Source of the DNA: Cyanophora paradoxa CCMP329 | Lineage: Eukaryota > Plantae > Glaucophyta | Length of the DNA stretch: 64,000 bases | Assembly (NCBI GenBank): GCA_004431415.1 | Contig: QPMI01000633.1 | Span: forward strand, 79,497 to 143,496 | Direction of reading: 5' to 3' | Part shown: one piece after another, positions 21,603 through 33,804 of the stretch | Layout: each line of letters begins with the position of its first letter | Position numbering within the stretch: the stretch's first letter is position 1 | Notes under the pieces: generated by a model | Database searches by the model: none | What the model saw: the letters and a program-made list of their open reading frames with translations, nothing else | Told to the model about the DNA's origin: nothing | Made by a program: the position numbers and the translations under genes

Positions 21603-22157
21603 CGCTGCAAGCCAGCAGGATTTCTCGCGGTGGGCGGCGGCGCGGCTCGCCGGGCGTCACGGCGTGGCGCGCGGCGCCCGGCGGGGCCTATAGCTATAGC
21701 TAGCGAGAGCAGCTAGGCCTCGATCGCGAGAAACCTGCGCAGCGTGAATTTGGTTTAATTTGGCTGCCGGCACCGACGCCGGGGGCCGCGCCGCACCGCG
21801 ATGGCCATGGACCCTCGAGCTCCGCATGCGCACCTGCGCATGCGCTGAACCCTCCGCACCACGCACTCGGTGCACGGTGCAAATGCGCACTCCTGCTCCC
21901 CAATCTAACCCATCTGAGCCCGAGGATCAGCGAGCGTCGTGCGAAGCTTGAGCGTGCGATTAGAGTCGTGGGTCGATTTCGTGGAACAGGTACCCCTGTG
22001 GCGGCAAGTGAACCCGCCGGGCCGGCTTTTCGCGGATCTGCGGGCTTCTCTCGCTGTTTTCATAGCACGAGAGGTGCGTCGCGGGCTTCATGCACCGCAC
22101 TCGCCGCGTCAATCCCTCGACTCGCCGAATGAGCGAACCTCGCCGGCCGCGCGCAGG

Positions 22158-23598
22158 ATGTCGCAGGACGAAAAGGGGAATGATCTGCTGAAGCAGGCGG
22201 AGAAGCGCCTGAAGGCCTTCTCGCTGTTCGGCAGCGGCAGCAAGTACGAGGACGCCGCGGACCTCTTCGCGAAAGCCGCAAATGTGTTCAAGGCCGGCAA
22301 GAACTGTGCGACCGCCTGGCGCCGCATTCTTAGCTAGCCTCGAGCGCCGAGCGCGCAGGGAAGGCGGCCGGCGACGCCTTCACACGCCAAGCGGAGATGT
22401 TCACGAAGACGGGGAGCAAGCACGAGGCCGCGAGCGCATACACTGACGCCGCGAGCTGCTTCAAGAAAGTCTCCGTGAATGGTGCGCGGCCCGCGCGGCC
22501 CGAAACCAGTCGTGGCCGCCGCCGCTCCGCGCCCGCCGCCCCGCGCCCGCCGCCCCGCGCCCGCGGCCGACGCCGACGCGGCGCGGCGTAGACGCGGTGA
22601 ACTGCCTGAAGCAGGCTGTGGACATCTTCATAGACATGGGCAGCTGGACGCAGGCGGCCAAGTTCCAGAAGGAGATCGGCGAGCTCTACGAGTCTGAGGA
22701 ACAGCTCGAGAACGCCATCGACGCCTTCCAGGCGTGCCCCGTAGCGCCGCCGCCGCCGTCGCCGCGCGTCGGACGCGGGCGCTGAGGGCGGCGCGCAGGT
22801 CGCCGCGGACTACTACAGCGGCGAGGACCAGATGAGGTGCGGGCGTGGCGCCTCTGCGCGTGCCGCCTCTCGCCGGCCCCGCCTTCCCATGCACCAGCGT
22901 CCTCTGACGCGGCCGGCACGCAGCGCGGCGAACCAGTGCCTCCTGAAGATCGCGCAGTACTCGGCCCAGCTCGAGAACTACAAGAAGGCCATCCAGGTCT
23001 ACGAGCAGGTGCGGGCCGCCTGCCTGCGCGACGCGTGCACCCCGGGCCAGGCTCGAGCAAGGCGTACCCCGCGCAGGTAGCGAAGCAGGCGCTGGACAAC
23101 AACCTGCTCAAGTGGTCCGCCAAGGACTACTTCTTCCGCGCCGGCCTCTGCCACCTCGCCTCCGGGGCGCGCGCCTGCCCGGCTCCCGCGCGCTCCCGCG
23201 CGCTCCCCCGCCTCGGCGGGCTGAGGGGCGGGCGCGCAGGAGCTGGAGGCGGCGAAGCGGGCGGTGGAGCGGTACGAGCAGATGGACATGGGCTTCTCGG
23301 GCACCCGCGAGCAGGAGCTCCTCAACGCGCGCCCCCGCCCGCCCCCGCCGCGCCGGCCCCCGCTGAGGCGGGGCGGGGCCGGGCAGCACCTGGCGGAGGC
23401 GGTGGAGCAGCGGGACCTCGAGGAGTTCACCAACCGCGTCTACGACTACGACCAGGCCCGCCCTGCCCGCCCCCCGCCCCCGCCCCGGGCCCCGCCCCCC
23501 GGCGCGACGCGCGCGCGCAGATCTCGAAGCTGGACGCGTGGAAGACGACCATCCTCCTCCGCATCAAGGAGGGCATGACCAAGGACACCGTCCTCTAG
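22158..23598 (+). CDS. NAPA: Alpha-soluble NSF attachment protein (9 coding exons)
   Basis: AEKRLKAFSLFGSGSKYEDAADLF, SKHEAASAYTDAASCFKK, AAKFQKEIGELYE, ANQCLLKIAQYSAQLENY, NNLLKWSAKDYFFRAGLCHL, ISKLDAWKTTILLRIK. Confidence 0.95.
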
Positions 23599-23854
23599 CC
23601 CCGCCCCCGCCCCGCCCCGCCCCAGCCGCCCCCCGGCCCCGCGCTCCAGCCCTCTCCCCACGTCCAGCTTCCCTCCCTCTCGCCCTTCATTTCTGTCCCG
23701 GGCCGCACCGGCCGGCCTCCGCCCCGGCCCCGGCCGCCTCCGCCCCCCGTCCCCCATGTACGTATTCTCTCCATTCAAGCAGCGCATGCGGGATCAAGGC
23801 CCGCGGCGCGAATCGTTGCCTTTATACAGAATTGTTACACGCTTCAAAGAGCGG

Positions 23855-25096
23855 TGGTTGAAAGAAGGGGCGGGGCAGGGCTATTTACAGGGGAATGTGC
23901 GTACAGGGGCATGCGGGCGCCTCGGACGCGGACGCCCCTCAGAGTTGGGAGAGGAGTACGGCGAGGGGGACGGCGGGGGGCGGCCAGTTCAGCTTGGCGC
24001 GCACTCTGCACGCGCGGGACGGGGGCCTTCAGCGCGCGCGCCCTGGCGAGCGCCCGGGGGCGATGCGCGCACCGTATCAAGCGCGCCTGGCCCTCGCCCT
24101 CGCTCTTCGACTGCAGGCCATAGTACGTCGCGCTGCGCGGCCGTCAGCGCGCGGACCAAGCGCCGGCCCGCCCGACGCGGCGCACGCGGCGTGGGTGATC
24201 AGCCGCTGGAAGTCGTCGTCTGGGGGGCGGCGTCACGCGCGGACGGCGCGCGGGGGCGCAAGAACGGGGCGGGGCGGGGCCGAGGCGTACAGGGGCCGAG
24301 GACGAGCTCGGGGCCACCTGCGACCGTGAACGCCTGCAGCTCGCCTTCCACCATCTCGAGGAACTGCGCCGGGTCGGCGGCGGGCAGGCGGGCAGGCGAC
24401 GGAGGGGCGGACCTGGGTCGGAATGGATCGCCGGAACACTGTTTCGAAAATGAAGAGCGTGAGGTGGCAGCTCACGCAGGACCGCGTCAAGGGGCGGCGA
24501 ACCAGCGCGCTCGGGGCGCGGGATGCTGAGGTAACGCTTGAAGCAGTCGGAGGGGTCGACCGTCCGGTTCTCGCCGCGCATGCGACGCGAACGGTCCTCC
24601 TCTGCACACATACCGCGACGAATTGCTCGGAGCAGATCCTGTTGCGCATGCGCGGTCACGGAAAGGCAGGCCGAGAAAGTTCAGCTCGTGGCCCTGGCGC
24701 ACCGGGTGGAGATTCGCATCAAAAAGATCCTCGAATGATGAGTGGTAGGAGGGCTGGAAGAGGGACCTGCGTGCGCGGTCAGAACCTCGGAATCAGAAGC
24801 AGAGAGCGCGGCGATCCGACAGACCTGATTTCGTCTGGATCAAGATTCGCGGCGAGCCTGGCCTTAAGCAACTCCTCATTAAGGAACCTCTGGAAGCGTC
24901 TGCAGGGCGTCAGCGTGCCCAGCGCGCGGGGCCCGCAACCGCGCACCGGCTCCCTGGACGCCCTGCGGCTCGGAGATCAGGAAATCAAGAAGAATGTGAT
25001 TCTGCAAGGAGGTCCTGGCGCACCGGGACTGATGCGGCTGGCCTGTGAGGTACGGTCGAGCTTCTTCTCGCTTTGGAGGGCCGCGGGAGTGGCCAT
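23855..25096 (-). CDS. Hypothetical spliced host gene (bounds approximate)
   Basis: Exon-like ILLDFLISEPQ, FQRFLNEELLKARLAANLDPDEIR, SLFQPSYHSSFEDLFDANLHP bounded by gt..cag. Confidence 0.45.
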
Positions 25097-25559
25097 CCTC
25101 TCAGATTGCGCTCAGTACTCGCTGTTAGGACAGCCGGTGGCGCTGGAGAGACTTCGATTGTCGCAGCGCGGCCGACTTCGCGCTTAAAAGTTCACACGCT
25201 CAGTCCAGGGTACGTGTTCGGATCGAATCTGACATTGAACCGCGCCGGCACCGCGCCGCGGCATTAGGACAGATAGCTAGCGATAGGGGGCACGCGCACA
25301 CGTGCCCCCACTGGTAGGCTAGCTAGCGCCACACGTGCCCCCACTGGTAGGCTAGCTAGCTGCATGTCACCATATCTTTCCAAACCGCCTGTGGCGATGT
25401 TGATAGTTGTTAATGGCGCAGGGTGCTCTAGCTGCAAAACGACATGCATAATGTACAAGCTCGCGATCGACCGGCCGCGGGAGGCAAGTCTGGGGCAGAG
25501 GGCGAGGCCGGCGCCGCGCGCGCGGGTCACGTCCCGATCGATATCACTGTCGACGTCAA

Positions 25560-27217
25560 GATCACCAGCGGGAGAGGGAGCCAAAGTCTGAGTGGAGGGC
25601 CCGCTCCCGGGCCTCCCCCTTCATCTCGACGAGCTCCTCCCGCGAGAACGACGCCGGCACCTGCGCTCGCGTGAGCTCCAGCCCCGGGGGGCGCGCTGGC
25701 CAGTTGGTTCAGCGCGCCTGGTCGTAGACGGTGAGGAAGTGCCTCTCGTCGCCCGACTTCAGCGCCTCCACCAGCTTCCACACCCTGCCCCCACGCCTCA
25801 GCGCTCCCCAGCGTTCCTCGCCGTCGCAGGCCGCCGGCGCGCACCACTCCTTGCGGAGCTTGGCGCGGGCCTTGGCGGCCGCCGACGCCTTCTCGGGGTC
25901 CTCCTCCTCCTCCGTCCGCTGTGCCGCCCGCCGCGCCTGCGCGCGCGCGCACGGGCGCCCTGAGCCTCGGGCAAAGGGCCCGCTTGAGGGGCGGGGCGGG
26001 GCGCGGCCTCGGACCTCGGCCCGCTTCGCGAGCAGCCGCGCCAGCATGCGATCCTCGTACGTGTCGCCGCCCCCGCCGGACTGGCCTCGCCAGCGTCACG
26101 TGGCGGGCGCCGGCGCGGGCGAGGCCTGCGCACGGCCTGCTCGGGCTTGGGCCGGCGCTGGAGCTTGGCGATGAGGATGTCCTCGAGGCGGGCCTCCCGC
26201 GCCGCCCGCTCCTCCGCCTCCAGCCTCGCCCGCTCCGCCGACTCCTGCAGCGCCCGGCCGCGTGAGCGGGGCGGGGCGGGGAGGGCGGAGGCTGGGGCGG
26301 TCACGAGAAGTGTTTGGTGTATGTGGTAGAAGTGGTCGAGGAAGGTCACGTTCCTGCGCCCGCTCGCTCAGCCCCCGGCCCGCCCGCCCCCGTCCCCGGC
26401 CCCGCCCCCCGCACCGTGAGGGCGAGGGCGGGCCCGGAGACGCCGGGCCCGGCGCCGGCGCGTTCGGCGAGGGGCCGGGGGACGCCGGCGAGGAGGGGGA
26501 GGGCTTGAGGGGGCCGGGGCCGGCGCCGGGGGTGGCGGGCGGGGAGGAGGGCCCCGGGCGGGAAGGTTGAGGGGGGACCGGGCGGAGACGCGGGAGGGCG
26601 CGCCGTGGCGGGAGGGCGAGGGCGAGGGGGCGAGGGGGCGACGCCGCCCCGCGGCGCTGCGCAGGGGCGAGGCCACGGCCGCGAGGGGGGGCGGGAGGAG
26701 CGGCGCCGATGCGACGCGGGAGGGCCGGCGGGCCGGGATGGCGGGGAGCGCGGCGGTATCCCCCGTCTGCGGTCGCTTCGCGTGCCCCACGCGGGTGGCC
26801 CCGCTCAGGTCCGCCGCGCCGGGGGCGGCCGGGGCTCCGCCCCGAAGCATCTGCCTGCGCGCGGGCTTCAGCGGGCGCAGCGGCCCAGCGGGCCGCATGC
26901 GCGCACCGCCTTGCCGCATCGGCGGTGATCCGCGACTTGGAGTAGATTGGGACGGGAAGTGCCTTCGAATTCGGCGAGCTGGCCGTCCGCCGCGGGCGGG
27001 CGCGGTCGCCCCACGGATCTCGATCGTATAAGTGAAGGTCATAGAGCACCTGCGCAGCTCCCCCGATTGAGCGGCGCGGGGCGCGGCGAGGGCGCGCGTG
27101 AGCAGGCCGCACCTCCGACCGCTCGCCCTGCGCTGTCTCCGCCGGCTCCAGCTTCTGCAAAACCAAGTCGGCGAGGCTGCTCGTCGACGCGATCTGTGTC
27201 TGCCGGCCGACAGGCAT
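25560..27217 (-). CDS. Hypothetical spliced host gene with Pro-rich and coiled-coil segments (bounds approximate)
   Basis: Exon-like ESAERARLEAEERAAREARLEDILIAKLQ and VWKLVEALKSGDERHFLTVYDQ between GC-rich introns. Confidence 0.5.
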
Positions 27218-27763
27218 GTTTGTCTGCCGGCTCGACAGGTGTCAAGCCCAGCGAGGTTACACTGATGCCTCCAGCTTGGCACCAGCGCTGCAGCCGAGTT
27301 TCGCGCGCCCCGGATTGTCACTGTGTGCGCATGCCGCCCAGAAGCCTGAGGATGCGCGGTCGGGCTGGGCCGCGGTTCAACGCGGACGGGCTCGGAGCAA
27401 TCTGCAACTGGCAGCGCTGCAGTCAAGTACAAATCTACCACTCGGCTGATCCAGCAGCTAAGCTTCGCCGTGTCCGGCTCGGAGGCAAACCTCAATTGCG
27501 AACGAAGTGCGCAACAGCACCCTAGTGGCAGGCTAGTGCGACGCAGTACTTAATTGTGCCGCCGATCGGGGCATCGGGCACCAGCGAAGTCCAGCTTCTG
27601 CAGCTCAGCGCACGGCGAGCGCTCCGGCGGCGGTTAGCTCAGAGTCCCAAAGTTTAGATCCGTCTAGCTTGTAGACGTTCTGTCTGCAGCCTGCATGTTT
27701 CTCGAAGTACACTAGTACTCGAGCTTCGAAGCGAGTACTAGTGGGAGGCAGTGTGCAGGAGTG

Positions 27764-29353
27764 ATGGCGGACGCCGACGAGGAGGAGCTCTTCGTGGCAG
27801 TCGACTGCGAGACCACCGGCGTCGATCTGCGCAGGGACGCCATCGTCGAGCTCGCCGCCGTGCGCTTCGTCGGCGCTTTGCAGGCCGACAGCTTCCGCAC
27901 GTACGTCGCGCTCCCCGACGGCGTGGAGCTCCCCAAGGAGGCATCCGACGTGCACGGGATTACCCCGGAGCAGCTGCGCGGCGCCCCGTCCACCGGCGAG
28001 GCGTTGCGCGGCTTGCTCTTGTTCATCGGCGGCGCGCGCCACGTCGTCGGACACAACCTGCTCGCCTTCGACAAGCCCATGCTGGAGTCGAACGCGCGGC
28101 GGGCGGGGCTGGAGGCGCCCCTGCAGGAGGCGCTGGAGCGGTGGGCGGGCATCGACACGCTGCGCCTCGCGCGCGCGCGGCGGCCCGAGGACCCGGGCTT
28201 CAAGCTCGTGGACCTCTGCGCGCGCATCGGCATCCCCCTCACCAACGCGCACAGTGCGCCCTGCCATCGCGCCCCCTCCCGCCCGGCCCGGCCCCTCAGG
28301 CGGCCCCAGGCGCGCTGGACGACGCGCGCGCCTCTGGGCTCCTCCTCCTTGCCCTCCGCCAGCCGGGCGAGTCCCTCGCGTCCCTCGCCGACGCGTGTAT
28401 CCCCCGCGTGCTCGCCTCCATGCCCTGGGGTGCGTCCGCCGTGTCGCTCCCTCGCGCCGCCCCGGCCCCGGCCCCTCGAGCGGCTCGCGCCAGGCAAGCA
28501 CAAGGGGAAGTCTTTCGCCGACATCCCCCCCGACTACCTTGCGTGGCTCTCGGATCGGGTCCGCTGGCCGAACCCCTCCACCCCTCCACCCCCCCCCCCC
28601 CCCCCCCCGGCGCCCGGCCCCGCCCGCCCCCCCTGACGTACGAGGCGCGCGTTGCCGGTCGGCGTCAGACCACGGACGCGGACGTCAACCTCAGCGCGCG
28701 GCAGGCGCTCGCGGCCGCGCGCGAGTCCTCTGTCGTGCGCGCCCGCCCCCCTCCGGTTCCTCGCGGCCCCCGTTCCCGTCTTAGGAGCGCAGGCCGCGGC
28801 GCTCGAGGCGATGGCGAGGGGCCAGCGCTGGGTGCGCGTCTCCGGCCCGGACTACGTCGGAGAGGGCGCGCGGGCGGCGGCGACGACGCCGGAAGCGGGG
28901 GCGGAGGGGGAGGAGAAGGGCGAGCCGGGGGCGGGGCGGGGGCCCTCGGTCGGCCGGCCCGGCGCTGGGGCCCCCGCCCTCCCCGAGGGCCCCCTGTACC
29001 GCTCCTTCATGGGCGGCGCCCCCGCGCGCCCCGCCGCTGAGGCCGACCCCGCTCCACCCCGCCGCCTCCTCTGCACTCTCCCGGCCGCCACGGCCCTCTG
29101 CAGGCGCGCCCCGCCCCGCCCGCGGCCCCTCGCCGCCGCTACTCACCCTTGCGCGTGCGGCAGGGAACCGGCGCTCCACATGTGTACCCCGCCGCCGACC
29201 CTGAGGCCTCCCTGCCGCCCCGCACCCGCGGTGCCGCCCGGCTCTGGGCGGGAGGAGGCGGGCGCGGCGGTGCGCCCCAGGGCGAGGCTGCACCCCCTGC
29301 CCTACACACGGCTCGCGCGGCTCTTTAGGACGATGTGCCCTTGGATACGATGA
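27764..29353 (+). CDS. DEDDh 3'-5' exonuclease (DnaQ/ExoX-like) with GKHKG C-terminal motif; 3' end uncertain
   Basis: VDCETTG, GHNLLAFD, spliced NAHRALDDA, GKHKGKSFADIPPDYLAWL. Confidence 0.85.
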
Positions 29354-29600
29354 GAACAGGACTTGGTGAGGTGCGCGATTGCTGCACTGGCTAGGGCCCG
29401 GGTCAGCGGCGCCCAGCCGCCCGGCGAGCGAAGAAGGCCCGTATGAGGGTCGACAGGAAGCGGTGCGAGTGCGCGTCGCACTGCGGGGCAGCGGGTAGCA
29501 ATGAGCGACGAAGGGGGCTACGGCGGGAAGGAGGGGTACCATGTCCGGGGCGACGAGCCGCTCCTGGAGGCCGGAGGCGGCCATGCGCTCGCCCTCGGGC

Positions 29601-31074
29601 CTAAACGGCGGCGGGGGTCAGCGAGGGGGCGACGGTCGGGGCGGGGCGGATGACCGACCGCCCGCGGAAGAAGCTCCGGTCCGGCCCGACGGCGAGCAGG
29701 CGGGCGCAGAGGGGGCACGCCCCGGGAGCTGGCGGCTGCGCGGCGGCGTCGGCGCGGGCGCGGGAGGGGAGCGCGAGGGGGGCGGGGCGGGCCTCGGGGC
29801 GGCCGGGGACGCGCCGGGCGAGCTGCTCCTGGGAGCGCCGGCCCTCCTCCTCCGTCAGGATGCCGTTCGCTGCCGGGCGCTCTCGGAAGGGCGCGGGGCG
29901 CTCGGAGAGGCGAGGGCACCGACGAGGGCGGGGAGGATGAGGTCGTTGACGTGCCCCGCAGCGAGCTCGGGGTGCCCCTGGAAGGTGAGGAGGCCGTCGC
30001 CGATGGCGAAGGCCTCGTTCCGGCACGAGGGGGACGAGGCGACGACGACCGCCCCGGAGCCCGGCGGCAGCTTCGCCACCTCGTCCCCGTGGCTCTCTGC
30101 GTCCCATCAGACCCAGCTCGCCCTCCCCCCCCAAGCGTGCCGGCGCGCGCCAAGGATGCGGATGCTGGACGGGACGGCGCCCCCCAGCGCCTCGACGGCC
30201 TCCTGGACGTACGGCAGGCGGTAGAAGCTGCAGCGCGGCTCGGAACTAGAGGCGCGCTTGGGGGCGGCGCGGAGCGCGCGGGGGCCCCCGCACTCTTCGT
30301 TGGGTTCGACGTTCTCTGCACCGAAGCAGAAGCCGGGCCCGCGGGCCGTGAGGCCGCCCAGCGCATGCGCGATGACCTGTCGGTCGTCCACGATCAGCCT
30401 CGAAGGCAGCGGCGTTGGCCGGGATAGATCATGTAGAGTGGCTTGCCTGGTGCCCGAAACAGACGCCGAGCAAGCGCGGGCCGTGCCCGTCGACGCGCCC
30501 GTCCAAGTACCGCCTGTAAAACTCCCGGATCCACTCGCGTAGGTTCGCGACCCAGACGGCCTCCGAGTACGCCGAGCTCGGGCTCCCGCTTATGACCTGC
30601 CGGCTTGCGTGTTAGGACGCGAGACATGCAGAACGGCTCAGGAGAAGCGTCTCACCACTCCTTCAAGCGCGCTAAGCGCGTCAGCCGTGGGGAGCTGCCC
30701 GTCAGGTGCCGAGAATACGATCTGGCCGCCGTCAGACAGCGAGCAGCGCTGACTGAGCCAAGTTCTCAGCCAACACGCGCGCAGCGCTAGCGACTCACGT
30801 ATTCGTCACCACTCCAGCGCTCAGTCGTCGGATCGTGCGGGTACTCCTCGGGATCGCTGCCGTCCGACGCGGGCTTGCAGGCTGAAGACTGGACAAGCTC
30901 GAGGAGTGCCGGATCGACCTCGCGCGCGCTGGGTGCGCGGATGCGGAACTCTCTGGCGTCCGATATCAAGCACGCGTAGACAACAGCCGACCGTTTCCAC
31001 TTGCTCGCATTTGCACAGCTTATGACCGCTATGCGAAGCCCCCGTCCGCTGCCTGCAGGCCCGGAAGGCGCCAT
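29601..31074 (-). CDS. Class I glutamine amidotransferase-like protein (spliced)
   Basis: LLGVCFGHQ|VIAHALGG nucleophile elbow, SHGDEV, FQGHPE (Cys-His-Glu triad). Confidence 0.85.
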
Positions 31075-31610
31075 TCGTGCTTCGGGGCCCTTTCCGCTGC
31101 CTAGGCCTGCGCCAAGCCTCGCCCGCTGGAGGCCGCTGCCGACGCGTACGCGTGCAATATCTCTCGCGACACAGCGCGGCCGCAGACGCAAGAAGCTTTA
31201 GGCCGACGTTTCTTGCGCACGTCGACGTTCGCGGCGGCGGAGACGCTGCTTCAAAGCTCCAGATTTTGCGCCAGAGAGCTCGCTAGCGCTAGCGCTATAA
31301 CCCTTCGCCGAATGCGACACGCGGACACGTACCCCTTAGGCCGTCCTTCTGACTCCTTCACGGTGCCTGCTGCGCATGCTAGCTGTTGGCCAGTGCTACG
31401 CTGCGCAAGCGCCTGTCGGCCCATTGAAGCAGTCAAGCCTTGGTTGCTAGCTCTAACGTCCCAGTTGAACAGCCCGCCCCCCCCCCCTCCCCTCCCCCCC
31501 CTCCCCCCCCCCCCCCGGCGCCCCCTCGTGCCATCGGCCGAGCTGAAAAGGCTTCCTCGTGCAACAGACGAAAGGACCCCTGCTGTACAAGGCGGTGGGG
31601 GGCCCGCCGC

Positions 31611-33679
31611 TCAGACGCGCTTGCTGACGGTGGTGGTCCGCGCAATGCCGCCCTTGTTCGAGAGGGTCGCGTCCTCGCTCGGGGTCTCCCGCCCGCCGCT
31701 GCCAGCCCGCGCCGTGGCGCCGGCGGGGGCGGAGCCGGGGGGCGCGGGGGCGGCGTTGGCGGCGGCGCGCTTCTTCCTCTTGGTCTTCTTGGTGGCCTTC
31801 TCGAGCATCATGGAGGCGAGGCGCTTCATCTGGTCCCGGTCCGGCACGTCCTCCTCCGCGTCCTCGTCCCCCTCGTCGTCCGACAGCTCCTCCTGCGCCG
31901 CCCCCGCGCGTCAGAGCGGCCGCCGTGGCGTCGCGAGGCGAGGCGCCGGGCGCGGCTCGCCTGCGTCCGGTCGGGGAGCTTGACGCGGATGTTGTTCTCC
32001 TGGCGCGCGAGGTCCTCACCGCCCTGCGCCAGCGCGACGTGCCTGCCCGACTTGGTGTACTGCTCCTTCTCCTTCTCGGGGTCAATCTTGAGCACGTCCA
32101 TCAAATGCATCAGCTTCTTCTCGCAGTGCTGCAGCACCGGCACCACCGTATCGTCCGACATCGGCACCTGCGCGCCCCCGCACTCGGCGGCCGCCCCAGC
32201 GACGGGAGTGCCCCGCAGGGCGGGGCGGCGCGGACCGGCGGCTCGTCGATCTTGACGCCGTCGAGCTTGTCGCCAAGGTGGGCGATGCCCGCCTTCACGT
32301 TGATCAGGATCTTCGCGATGCGCTCGTACCTGCGCGGCGGGCGCCGCTCAGGCACGACGGGCGGGGCGGGGGCGGGGCGGGGCAGGGGCGGGGCGCACTT
32401 CTGGCGGTTGCGCTCGCACTTGGCGTTGGAGGTGGTGAGGTGCGACTCGAACTGGTCGACGACGGTGCGGCTGCCGAAGTTGCCGGCGCCGCTGTACTTG
32501 ACCTCCTCGACCTTGGCCTTGAGCGCGTTCTTTTCCTCGTTGAGCGCGTCGATGCGCTTCTGGGCGTCCTTCGTCATCTCGATGAGGTTGTTGTGCGTGT
32601 CCTCCTGCGTCAGGAACTTCTGGATGACCTCGTTCACGTCGCCCACGCCCGTCGCGTCCTTGATCTTCCGGAACGCCTCCTCGAAGGTCGTGATCCGCTC
32701 CGCCTCCTCCTCCAGCTTCTGCTCGTTCATCGCGTGGTGGAAGACGTTCGTCACGACGCTCTTCTTCAGCGCCCGCTCGCCCTCCTCGCCCAGGTCGCCC
32801 GCCGCCTCCGCCTGGATCTCCCGCCGCATCTTCTCCCGCTTCTCCAGCCGCTGCGCCATCTCCATCTTCTGCTGCACCACCGCCCGCCGCTCCGCCAGCT
32901 CCTTTTCCCTCTGTTTCCTCTCATCCGCTATCTGCTGCTCCAGCTTCGCTAGCTCCGCCTGCGGGCGCGTGGTGCGTCGGCTCCTGTGCATGCAGGAAGG
33001 CGGACTGGGGTGCGCGTCCCCGCGTACCTTGGCAACTTCCTTGGCGTGGTTGGCGTCGTGCGACATGAGCATGAGCTCCTCCAGATCGTGCTCCTTCGCC
33101 TTCAGCGTGCGCTCGATCGCTTGGAGCTGGTTGTCGAAGCCAATGCGCTCCTCCTGCTCGAGCGAGGGGGGCTGATCAGCGTGCGCTGAAGCGGGGCAAG
33201 GGCGGGGCGCCGACCTTCAGTCGCTTCACAATCTGCTCGTAGGTTTTGCGGATGCTCTGTGCCTCATTGTACTTGATCATGGCCTTGTCCAGGCGATTCT
33301 CTAGTGTTCTTATTTGCTGTGGCGCCCGGCGTTAGACACAAGTGCAGAGGTTGAGCGGCAGGCCAGCTAAGACGCACCCGTGTGAGCGGCGAGTCCTCTG
33401 AGTTTGGCCTAATGGACTCCCGCTCCAGGTCCTTGAGCTTATCGGTCATCGCCTTGACCTCCTTCTCCTTGGCTAGTGCGCCATGCCGCAGGTCGTCGTA
33501 CTCCTTGCGAAGCTTGACGACCTGGTCTTCTAGCTTAATAGTCTCTCCTTCCAGGCCCTCGGATCCGCCGCCCATCTCGGGCTGCGGAGGCGCCACGCAT
33601 CAGCAAGCGGCAGCATAGCTAGGCGCAAGGCGGCCACCTTCTGGCTCACGACGAGCGCCCCGGCGCTCTTCGTCGTCAT
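31611..33679 (-). CDS. CCDC151: Outer dynein arm docking complex coiled-coil protein, CCDC151/ODAD3 family
   Basis: IRTLENRLDKAMIKYNEAQSIRKTYEQIVKRLK, EERIGFDNQL, SHDANHAKEVAK, FEEAFRKIKDATGV. Confidence 0.8.
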
Positions 33680-33804
33680 CTTGCTGCTTGCTGGGCGCCG
33701 CCGGGCGCAGCAAAAGCTCTGGTTGGAAAATAGGTTTCTGACTGGGGTACGCAAATCACGCAAGCGATCCAAACTTGAGCCGGCGATCCGCAGCAGACGC
33801 GAAG

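Noticed and set aside
25298-25360. 33-bp tandem duplication CACGTGCCCCCACTGGTAGGCTAGCTAGC
   Set aside because: Two copies only, intergenic, no further structure
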